A stretch of DNA of 64,000 nt from a virus (Duplodnaviria; Caudoviricetes), in the IMG/VR virus record IMGVR_UViG_3300013105_000003, positions 1 to 64,000 of that record; one strand, written 5' to 3'. Each line of letters opens with the position of its first letter. The stretch's first letter is position 1. Position numbers and translations under genes: made by a program. The notes beneath the pieces were generated by a model, which was not told where the DNA came from, did not search any database, and saw only the letters and a list, made by a program, of their open reading frames with translations. Positions 24,740 through 33,628 of this stretch are shown piece after piece.

Positions 24740-27700
24740 ATGACTGATAGAGAAATCAGTTGGAAGGCAGTAGCCGACTTTTCTTCCTTAATTGCTCAGT
24801 CAAAGGCAGCCCAGAAGTCCCTTAAAGACCTCAAGGACGAACAGCACAACCTAGCTACTTCCTTTGATGAAGACTCTAAAAGAATTACCACCGCTTCTAA
24901 GGATCAAAATAAGTCAATTGATGACACTGTTAAGTCATACAGAGAAGCTTCTAAAGCCAGTAAAGACTCCGCTGATGGTGCGGTAAGGGACAGTAAGAGA
25001 AAGGGTGACTCTTACAAGGCAGAAGCAAATGTTCTTGAGAACATCAAGAGAGCACATCGTGAACTAGATGTAGCCGAGAAGAAGCGCGCTGATATGGGTC
25101 AGCGTCTTTTCACAATCCAGAATGCTTTAGCAGCAGCTTCCCAAGATGTAGCTGATGCTACAGAGCGTAAAACTAAAGCAACAAATGACTCAGGTAGAGC
25201 CAGCCGCGATGCTATCAAGGCAGAGCAGAACCTTATTAGTGCTCGTCGTAGTCAGCAGAGAATTTCCTCAGCTGGTGCTCAAGCTGAAAGCGACCGTACT
25301 AAAGCAATTAAAGAAGCTGCGGCTGAAGAGCAGAAAGCTGCCCTAGCAGAAAAAGCTTTGGAGACTGCAAGAACTGCTAGTGCTAGAGCTACTAGAGAAA
25401 TTGAAGCTGCTCAACTTCGTTCTACAAGAGCACGTAGAGACGATGTAAGCACAACTAGTGGAGCAGTTGCTGCCACTAGATCAGTCACAGGAGCTACTAG
25501 AGAAAGCACTGCTGCCACTAGGGATGAGACTGCAGAGCTTGTAAGAAACTCTAATACTAAGAAGACCTTCTTACAGTTTCTACAGAATATACAATCAGCT
25601 CAGCATGGGTATAAGGGTACAATAGAGTCAGTAACTGCAGCCCAGACAAGCCATGCCCGTGCCCTATCCCGTAGCCTAGCAGCTTCTAGGGAACTTGAAA
25701 AAGCAGAGAGCGATCTTAACAACGCTAGGCGGACTATGGCTTCTAGCGAGGCAGCCGTCGCTGACGGTGAGGCTAGAGTTGGTGAAGCTCGAACCATTCT
25801 ATCTCACGCAACTGAAGATGTTAACAAGGCAGAGGCAGAACTAACTGCAGTACGAGCAAGCGCAGGTGCAGGTTCCCGTGAAGCTGTACAGGCCGAGCAG
25901 AATCTAAATGCAGCTCGTTCTAGTTACACTAGAATTTCTTCTACAGTTTCTTCTATTGATAGAGATATTGCTGTAGCTAGGAATGAGGGAGCACGAGCTA
26001 ACCAAGTTATTGAATCCTCTGAAGCTAGAATTAACAATGCTAGGCAGCGTTCGCAGCTAACAGGTGCTGCTCTGGTACGTGCTACTACTAGACTGAATGG
26101 CGAAATGAATGCCTCTCAGTCTATTGTTAAGCAGGTTGGTAATGCCTTTAGTTCACTAAGCTCAATATTCTCCGGTATGTCTAGTGGTTTTAAAGACCTC
26201 ATGGGCATGTTTGGGAGAATGGCTCTCATTCTACTTCCACAGCTTCTTCCTCTTGTTGGTGCATTAGCTGGAGGGTTCGTCCAGCTAACCTCCTCTTTCG
26301 TTCCTATGGTTGGTCTCCTAGGTGCCTTACCTGGTATGCTACTAGGAGCTGTAACAGGATTTGCAGCACTTAAGGGTGCCTTTGGTGGAGTATCTAAAGC
26401 TCTGAAGGCTTACAGTACCGAGCAAGCCAAGGCTGGCGTTGACGGTACTAAAGCTGCCAACGCTGCTAAGAAAAATGCTAAGGCTATTGCTGATGCACAG
26501 CGAGCAGTGTCAGACGCAAAGAAGAATGCTGCACAAGCCAACAAGGACGCTTCTCAGAAGGTAGTTAAAGCAGAGGCAGATGCTGCAGACGCTAATAAGA
26601 GTGCAGCAGCAGATGTTAAGCAGGCAGAAGCTGATAAGATCAAGGCATTCAAGGATGCTGCCTCTAGAGTAGCAGATGCTGTCCAGTCTGCAAAGGATAG
26701 TGTAGCTAGTGCTAATGCAAATGTAATTGAGTCTGAGAAAAACCTAATATCAGCACAGGCAGATTCAAAGAAGGCACAACAGGCACTGAATGACGTTCGT
26801 AAGGATGCCATTAGAGAACTAGAAGATATGCAGAAGGCTGCAAGAGATGCTTCCTTCTCAGAACGTGATGCTACTCTAAACCTTATTGATGCTAGAAACG
26901 CACTAGCAAAGGTTAAGGAAGATCCTACGGCTTCTGACTCAGAGGTTGCTAAAGCACAGCTACAGTATGATGAAGCACAGGCTAGACTCTCCGATGCAGA
27001 GCAAGCCAAGAAGGATGCTGTTGCAGCAAATGCAGAGGCACAGTCTAAGGGCATTACAGGAACTAAGGCATACACTAACGCACAAGATGCAGCAGCTGCT
27101 GCAGCTGAGAAGGTAGCCCAAGCTCAGCAAGCTCTCGTTAAGTCCCAGCAGGAGCAGACTAGAGCCGTACAGGATGCTGCTAAGTCTATTGCTAAGGCAG
27201 AGGCAGATGCTGCAGACCAGAGAAAATCAGCTACCAAGTCTGTAGCCGATGCTCAGAAGAAGCAAGCAAAGACTCAGAAAGATGGAATTGCCTCCATCGT
27301 TGCTGCTCGTCAGGCACAGGCTAAAACAGAAGCTCAGGGTGCCGAGAGTATTCGTAAGGCCCAAGAGTCCGTAGCAACTGCTATGGAGAATGCTGCTGAG
27401 GCTACCAGAGCAGCTTCTTCGTCTGCTAACGCTTACCAAGCTGCCCTAAACAAACTGTCACCCTCACAGCGTCAGTTTGTACAGTTCCTTATTGGTCTTA
27501 AGCCTAAGCTAGATCAGCTAAAGGAAACTGCTGCTAAGAATATGCTTCCTGGTGTTGAGGCTGGTATTCGTGGTGCAATGCCACTATTCCCAGCGTTCAA
27601 TAGATCAGTAGGTAATACAGCTAAAGCATTCGGAGACGCCTCATCAAGCATTGGTAAGACATTAGGGTCCGGAGAGGGCTTTGGTGCAATGAAGCGTGTC

Positions 27701-30700
27701 TTTAAGGCCAACGATGATGCTGTAAAAGAAGCTGCAGGCTCCTCAGGTCACTACACTATTGCACTTGTCCGAATCATGGATGCTGCCCGACCATTGGTTA
27801 AGTGGATCGGTCACCTTGTTGCTACCTTCGGTAACTACCTAGATAACGCTACTAAGGTAAACAAGGAAAATGGTCATCTATCTGGATTCTTTGATTCTGC
27901 AAAGAGTAGTGCCGCTACCTTCGGCTACATTGTTAAGAACCTTGGCGGGATTATTTGGGGTTTGTTTAAGGCTGCCAAGGGAACTGGTGATGAGTTAAAC
28001 TCTAACTTCAATAAGCACCTTAAGGATATGAATGAGCAGGTTAACTCTCAGGATGGTCAGAAGAAGCTAAAGAAGTGGTTTGAAGACATTAAGCCAGTTG
28101 TCCAAGCAACAGGTAGAGTTTTCACTAACCTAGCAAGAGGCATTGGCTCCCTTACAGGTGGTAAGAACGACAAGCAAGGTAAGGGTCTAAAGAACCTTGC
28201 TGACATGCTTAATGGTCTAGCAAATGGTGTTGGTCCTGACTCACCCCTTATTAAGTTCTTTGGAAAGCTTAATGAGTCCGGTGCTCAGAAGCAGACATTT
28301 GATGCAATTGGTGGGCTATTCAAATCAATTACTGATTTTGGTGCTAGTAAGGGTGGACAGACTGTACTAGCTACAATGGCTACCGAACTTGGCCTTGTTG
28401 CAGATGCCCTTGGCAAGATCATGAGTAACCAAGTTGGAGCGGCTATTCTAACTAGTTTGATGGTTGCTGCTGCTACTATCAAGGTTGCTAAGTTTATCGG
28501 TGCTTCTACAGGTATTAGCTCTGTTGCTGGAATGGCTAAGAATGCTGCAGCTAAGAGAAAAGCACAGGGTAAGAGAAGCTGGACTAACAGAGCAACGGGA
28601 GGTCGCATAGGTCGTGGAGGCTCTGGTGGCACAGGTAGTGTTGCTGGAGATGTAGCCTCAACTGAAGCACAAGCCGAATCAGCAGGAGCCGCAGTATCAC
28701 GAGGTATGGAAGCTGGTATTAACAGTAACAGTGCTGAGGTACTACGCTCTATTGACCTTATGACTGATGGAATTATTAGTCACATTAGAACTAACCTAGA
28801 AATTCACTCACCTTCAAAGGTAACTACTCGTCTTGGTGAGGATACAGCACTAGGTTTTATTAACGGTCTTCAGGGAGAAAACAAGCAAGCTTCTACTGCA
28901 GCTGAGAGTCTTGAAACTGCTACTTTGAAATCATTGAGTGACGCAGACTCCAAGATGAGACTAAAGGGTGAAGAGGCTGGCCGTGCTTACTCTCAAGGTC
29001 TGAAGTCAACCTCAAGCTCTGCAATGGTTTCTCCCGGTGTAGTTGCTGGAGGTAAGGCAGCAAAGCCAAAGAGTGGTCCAATGCCACCTGTAGCAACTCC
29101 TAGAGGCAATAGAGGTATGGCTGTTCGAGGAGCCATTGGTAGTGCTGGTGGCGCTGCTATGATGGGTTCCATGTTCCTGCCTGGTAAGGCTGGGGAGATT
29201 GCTGGTCAGGCTGGTATGCTGGCTATGATGATTTCTATGCTACCTAAGCTAGAGACTGTTACTAAGACAATCAAGGCAATTACTAGTGCCTTGAAGCTTC
29301 AAACAGTAGCTCAGAAACTTGGAGCTGTTGCAGCTAAGATTTATGCTGCTGGACAGTGGTTAGTAAACATTGCTATGGAAGCAAATCCAATCGGTCTTAT
29401 AATTATTGGATTAATTGCATTAGGTGTAGCCTTTTACGTACTTTGGAAGAAATCTGAAACATTCCGCGATATCGTAACTGGTGCCTGGAATGCTATTAAG
29501 GCAGCAGCAGTAGCAGTATTTGACTGGTTTAAGAAAATCGGTAGTACTATATTCGATGCTTTGAAGACTGCTGCAGAGTCAGTATTTGGATGGTTGAAGA
29601 AGAACTGGAAACTAATCCTTGCTATTCTAACTGCACCATTCGGAGGAATGGTTGTATATCTTACGATAAAGTTCTGGCCCCAGATAATTGGATTCCTAAA
29701 TAAACTATGGGGCTGGGTCAAGGGAGCCTTTAAGAAACTGTGGTCTGGCGTCAAGGCTGTCTTTATGGCACCTTTCGATGCAGCCAAGGCACTAATTAAT
29801 CAGTTCACTGACTCTAAGTCTGGTGTCCGAAAGATTCTGACTGCAGTATGGAACTGGGTATCCGGTACATTTAGAAAACTTTGGTCAGGATTAAAGTCTG
29901 TATTACTTGCACCACTAGACCTAGCCAAGACTCTTATTAATCAGATATTCGATTCTAAGTCTGGTTTCCGTCATATCCTTAGTTCTGTATGGTCTTGGGT
30001 TACAGGGACTTTCCGAAAAACCTGGAGTGGTCTAAAGTCACTTATTACTTCACCAATTACTGATGCAAAGAACGCAATTTCTACTCTGCTCGGCAAGGGT
30101 AAGGGCGGACTACAGACAGTCTTCACTAAGGCTCTCGATGGTATTAAAACTATTTGGAATGGCCTACAGTCAATTGCACTAAAGCCAATCAACTTTATGC
30201 GTACCAAAGTATTCAAGGGTCTAGCCGACGCATACAACTGGGTTGTTGATAAGATTCCAGGTGCTGGTAGTCTTAAGATTAATACTAAGGCTTCTCAGTT
30301 CCAGCCTCTGAAGCTAGCACAAGGCGGTAGAGTTCATGGTAACTCACCAACTCCTGTTGCTGACAACGTTCCTGCCATGCTTACTGCTGGTGAGTGGGTA
30401 CAGCCTGTCTCTACCGTAAAGCACTATGGTTCTGGTGTCATGGAGGCTCTTCGTAAGCGTCAGATTCCAAAGGAAGCACTTTCAAGATTTGCTTCCGGTG
30501 GTATTGCCGAAGGTAGAGAAGCTAGTGTACTAACAGCTAACAAGAGAAAGAAGAGACTACTTACTGCTCATCTACGTGATGGTGGTATGGCTGGTAGCTC
30601 AGGGTATTCTCTAGGGTCTATGGGTGGAGCTGCTACTCTATCTAACTACTATGACTCTACTGCAGTTGGGCATGAACATGCAACAGGTTCTGGTGCCAAG

Positions 30701-33628
30701 GTTGGCGGTGGAGGCGGGAGCTGGGGTCTAGGTGTTACTACCAAGGGAGCTAGTGTTCCTTACCGTCCCGGTATGCATTCTGCCCTAGTACGGTATGGTA
30801 AGACTCTACGCTCTCGTGGTATGTCAATTCTTGAAAACCCAGCTTTCGGTGCTGTCCATCCAGTACACATGGGAGGTTCACTTCACTACGTAGGTGAAGC
30901 AATGGACGTTTCAGGTGGTCCCGGTTGGCCTGGTAGTGGTAACAAGGTTTACTCTGAGGCACTAGCTAAGGGCTTTGCAGCAATCTGGAAGTCCGCAGGA
31001 CACTACGATCACGTTCACATTGACACAGGTCTTTACAAGGAATACAACAACAAGACCTCAATGATTGGTTCAAATTACTCAATTGGTACAGGTGAGCTAG
31101 GCTCCTCAGACGAAGGTAACTGGTTTACTAACACATTCTCTTCATTGAAGGATCTTCTTGGTGGACTTAACCCAATCAGTAAGTTGAAGAGTGGTATCAG
31201 TGCTGTAAAATCTGTTGCTGATAACTCAGGTATTGGTAAGCTTCTTGGTAAGCTAGCAGCTGCCCCACTAAACCTAGCAGTGTCTGCTCTTAAGAGTGCT
31301 TTCTTTGGGTCAGACTCTTACGAAGGTGCTGACGTTAATAACCCAGCAGGAGCAGAGTCAGTAGCTAGATGGTCACCTACTGTCAAGAAGGCTCTAAAGA
31401 TGCTAGGCATCCCACAGAAGCCTGAGTATGTAAAAAACTGGCTCACTCAGATTGGTTGGGAATCCTCAGGTAACCCAAGTGCTATTCAGGGTGATATTGG
31501 AGATATTAACAACCGTACAGGTCAGCTCGCTCGTGGTCTAGTACAGGTTGTGCCCGGTACCTTCAAGGCTTATCACCTAAAGGGCCACGACAACATCTTC
31601 AGTGCTCTTGACAACTTGCTTGCAGGTATGCGCTACGCTAAGTCTGTATATGGGCTAAGTGGATTCTCTAACTTCATCGGTAAGGGTAGCAAGCACGGAT
31701 ACTCTGAGGGTGGATTCACTGGCAGTGGTTACAAGTATGAGCCAGCTGGAGTCGTTCACCGTGGCGAGGTTGTGTGGTCACAGCAGGACGTAGCTGCTCA
31801 CGGCGGTGCTCATAAGGTTGATTCCATGCGTAAGCACCGTGGCAGTAAGGTTGCCGGGTACGCTACTGGTGGTATTGTTGCTCCTCCAGATGGTAAGGCT
31901 ATTAGAGGAATTCAGCCTGGCCTACACATGATGGCATGGAAGATGATTCGTCAGCTCTTCCACCTACCAACTGTTCGTGGTATGAAGTCACCTTGGGCAG
32001 ATGGTTGGGACAGCTCAGTTACTAAGGCATTCACCAAGGCCAACTACACTGTTCCAGACCTGTCTACAATTACTAAGGCACTTGATGTTTCTAAGTACCT
32101 ATCTCCAGTTGTCAACATGTTCCGACACACTCAGTCACGTCTTCCCGGTAAGACCGGAATGGAACGCTACGCTACAGTAGGACCAACAAACTACAAGCAG
32201 CACCCTTCACTCACTCGCGCCGTACAGAAGGTCATTGGCATTAAGGATGATGGTGTATGGGGTAGTAAGATGAGTAAGTCATACATGCAGTGGCGTGCAG
32301 ACAAGGGACTACCCAGCAGATCACACGGTAGAAGTCACAACTATGTAACTACTCCTGACTGGAAGTGGCTAGCTGAAGAGCGTTACCCAAGTTCTTATGG
32401 AGCTAAGAATCGTTACACAGATAAGAACTACAAGGGTGTCCGCCTAGAGGATATTGCCAATAAGTACGGCATCTCCATGTGGCAAGCTGCTGCACTGTTC
32501 CAAGGTAAGAACAAGGATTACATCAGCAAGCACACTCTTAAGGCAACTAGTCACCTAGCTCAGTTTGATGCTGACCAGATGAGTGGCTCTACTTCATGGC
32601 TAAATGGTAATATGATCAAGTCTTACCAAGCCATGTTCGGTGTACACCAAGACGGTACGTGGGCTACTGGTATGGCTGACTGGTCTACCTATGCAATGCG
32701 TAAGCAAATGGGTAAGAAGACAGATTCTATCTTCCCTCCTTGGTGGTCACTAGACCCACTACAGAAGGCTATTGAGGACCAGAATAAGAACAACGCTGAC
32801 CAGAAGGAATTCCTCAAGGATCTAGATATCCTGTCAGGGTGGGGCTTTGGTAACCTTGTAGACAAGCTGCAAAGTGATGGCCCAACAGATGGTCTACCAG
32901 TAGCTAGAATTGCTGTCAAGAACCAAGCACTCGCAAAGCAATACGATGACCAGCTAAAGGAACAAGCAAGTCTTGATTCTACAGGAACCGAGGACTTTAC
33001 TAAGTTCGTTGCTACTGTAATGGCTCCCGGTGTCCAGATGGGAATTCGTAGTATTGCCCAAACTCTTGGCATTGCAGACTTCGCTGTAGTAGATATGTAT
33101 GATAAACTAATAAAGAGTGGAAGACTAAAGAAGGGTGAGCGTACTGCTCGTCTCGATAAGGAAACTACTCAGTTTAAGAGTGGTTTGTTCTACGCTGCTA
33201 CAGGTGGTCGTGTGCCAGGTACTGGGACTGGTGATACTGTTCCAGCAATGCTAACACCCGGTGAGTTTGTACTGAAGAAGGCAGCAGTTAAGGCAATCGG
33301 TATGGAGAACCTTTACAACCTCAATAACATGCAGAAGTTTGCTACTGGTGGTCAGGTTTACTCCTTTAACGATTCCAGTAGAGGATTTGGTACTAGAATG
33401 CCTGACTTCACTGGTGTTAACATCTTCTCTAAGCGTCTACTTAAGGGAGACACTACTACAAGTGATCGTAAGACCCTTGATGACGACAAGAAGGTTGTTT
33501 ACAACTACACCACTATCAATAATCCAAAGGCTGAGAAGTCTACTGCAGATATCAACAGACTACTACGTAAGAAGGCAGCCCTTGGTTTCATGGCCGTTGC
33601 CGCAGACACGACAAAGGTGAACAACTAA
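24740..33628 (+). CDS. tape measure protein with C-terminal peptidoglycan-hydrolase domains
   Basis: 2962 aa Ala-rich helical; IHSPSKV; Trp-periodic region; HxxGxAxD/HxDHVH peptidase-like; ESSGNP..GLVQ lytic transglycosylase. Confidence 0.92.
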   Translation: MTDREISWKAVADFSSLIAQSKAAQKSLKDLKDEQHNLATSFDEDSKRITTASKDQNKSIDDTVKSYREASKASKDSADGAVRDSKRKGDSYKAEANVLENIKRAHRELDVAEKKRADMGQRLFTIQNALAAASQDVADATERKTKATNDSGRASRDAIKAEQNLISARRSQQRISSAGAQAESDRTKAIKEAAAEEQKAALAEKALETARTASARATREIEAAQLRSTRARRDDVSTTSGAVAATRSVTGATRESTAATRDETAELVRNSNTKKTFLQFLQNIQSAQHGYKGTIESVTAAQTSHARALSRSLAASRELEKAESDLNNARRTMASSEAAVADGEARVGEARTILSHATEDVNKAEAELTAVRASAGAGSREAVQAEQNLNAARSSYTRISSTVSSIDRDIAVARNEGARANQVIESSEARINNARQRSQLTGAALVRATTRLNGEMNASQSIVKQVGNAFSSLSSIFSGMSSGFKDLMGMFGRMALILLPQLLPLVGALAGGFVQLTSSFVPMVGLLGALPGMLLGAVTGFAALKGAFGGVSKALKAYSTEQAKAGVDGTKAANAAKKNAKAIADAQRAVSDAKKNAAQANKDASQKVVKAEADAADANKSAAADVKQAEADKIKAFKDAASRVADAVQSAKDSVASANANVIESEKNLISAQADSKKAQQALNDVRKDAIRELEDMQKAARDASFSERDATLNLIDARNALAKVKEDPTASDSEVAKAQLQYDEAQARLSDAEQAKKDAVAANAEAQSKGITGTKAYTNAQDAAAAAAEKVAQAQQALVKSQQEQTRAVQDAAKSIAKAEADAADQRKSATKSVADAQKKQAKTQKDGIASIVAARQAQAKTEAQGAESIRKAQESVATAMENAAEATRAASSSANAYQAALNKLSPSQRQFVQFLIGLKPKLDQLKETAAKNMLPGVEAGIRGAMPLFPAFNRSVGNTAKAFGDASSSIGKTLGSGEGFGAMKRVFKANDDAVKEAAGSSGHYTIALVRIMDAARPLVKWIGHLVATFGNYLDNATKVNKENGHLSGFFDSAKSSAATFGYIVKNLGGIIWGLFKAAKGTGDELNSNFNKHLKDMNEQVNSQDGQKKLKKWFEDIKPVVQATGRVFTNLARGIGSLTGGKNDKQGKGLKNLADMLNGLANGVGPDSPLIKFFGKLNESGAQKQTFDAIGGLFKSITDFGASKGGQTVLATMATELGLVADALGKIMSNQVGAAILTSLMVAAATIKVAKFIGASTGISSVAGMAKNAAAKRKAQGKRSWTNRATGGRIGRGGSGGTGSVAGDVASTEAQAESAGAAVSRGMEAGINSNSAEVLRSIDLMTDGIISHIRTNLEIHSPSKVTTRLGEDTALGFINGLQGENKQASTAAESLETATLKSLSDADSKMRLKGEEAGRAYSQGLKSTSSSAMVSPGVVAGGKAAKPKSGPMPPVATPRGNRGMAVRGAIGSAGGAAMMGSMFLPGKAGEIAGQAGMLAMMISMLPKLETVTKTIKAITSALKLQTVAQKLGAVAAKIYAAGQWLVNIAMEANPIGLIIIGLIALGVAFYVLWKKSETFRDIVTGAWNAIKAAAVAVFDWFKKIGSTIFDALKTAAESVFGWLKKNWKLILAILTAPFGGMVVYLTIKFWPQIIGFLNKLWGWVKGAFKKLWSGVKAVFMAPFDAAKALINQFTDSKSGVRKILTAVWNWVSGTFRKLWSGLKSVLLAPLDLAKTLINQIFDSKSGFRHILSSVWSWVTGTFRKTWSGLKSLITSPITDAKNAISTLLGKGKGGLQTVFTKALDGIKTIWNGLQSIALKPINFMRTKVFKGLADAYNWVVDKIPGAGSLKINTKASQFQPLKLAQGGRVHGNSPTPVADNVPAMLTAGEWVQPVSTVKHYGSGVMEALRKRQIPKEALSRFASGGIAEGREASVLTANKRKKRLLTAHLRDGGMAGSSGYSLGSMGGAATLSNYYDSTAVGHEHATGSGAKVGGGGGSWGLGVTTKGASVPYRPGMHSALVRYGKTLRSRGMSILENPAFGAVHPVHMGGSLHYVGEAMDVSGGPGWPGSGNKVYSEALAKGFAAIWKSAGHYDHVHIDTGLYKEYNNKTSMIGSNYSIGTGELGSSDEGNWFTNTFSSLKDLLGGLNPISKLKSGISAVKSVADNSGIGKLLGKLAAAPLNLAVSALKSAFFGSDSYEGADVNNPAGAESVARWSPTVKKALKMLGIPQKPEYVKNWLTQIGWESSGNPSAIQGDIGDINNRTGQLARGLVQVVPGTFKAYHLKGHDNIFSALDNLLAGMRYAKSVYGLSGFSNFIGKGSKHGYSEGGFTGSGYKYEPAGVVHRGEVVWSQQDVAAHGGAHKVDSMRKHRGSKVAGYATGGIVAPPDGKAIRGIQPGLHMMAWKMIRQLFHLPTVRGMKSPWADGWDSSVTKAFTKANYTVPDLSTITKALDVSKYLSPVVNMFRHTQSRLPGKTGMERYATVGPTNYKQHPSLTRAVQKVIGIKDDGVWGSKMSKSYMQWRADKGLPSRSHGRSHNYVTTPDWKWLAEERYPSSYGAKNRYTDKNYKGVRLEDIANKYGISMWQAAALFQGKNKDYISKHTLKATSHLAQFDADQMSGSTSWLNGNMIKSYQAMFGVHQDGTWATGMADWSTYAMRKQMGKKTDSIFPPWWSLDPLQKAIEDQNKNNADQKEFLKDLDILSGWGFGNLVDKLQSDGPTDGLPVARIAVKNQALAKQYDDQLKEQASLDSTGTEDFTKFVATVMAPGVQMGIRSIAQTLGIADFAVVDMYDKLIKSGRLKKGERTARLDKETTQFKSGLFYAATGGRVPGTGTGDTVPAMLTPGEFVLKKAAVKAIGMENLYNLNNMQKFATGGQVYSFNDSSRGFGTRMPDFTGVNIFSKRLLKGDTTTSDRKTLDDDKKVVYNYTTINNPKAEKSTADINRLLRKKAALGFMAVAADTTKVNN

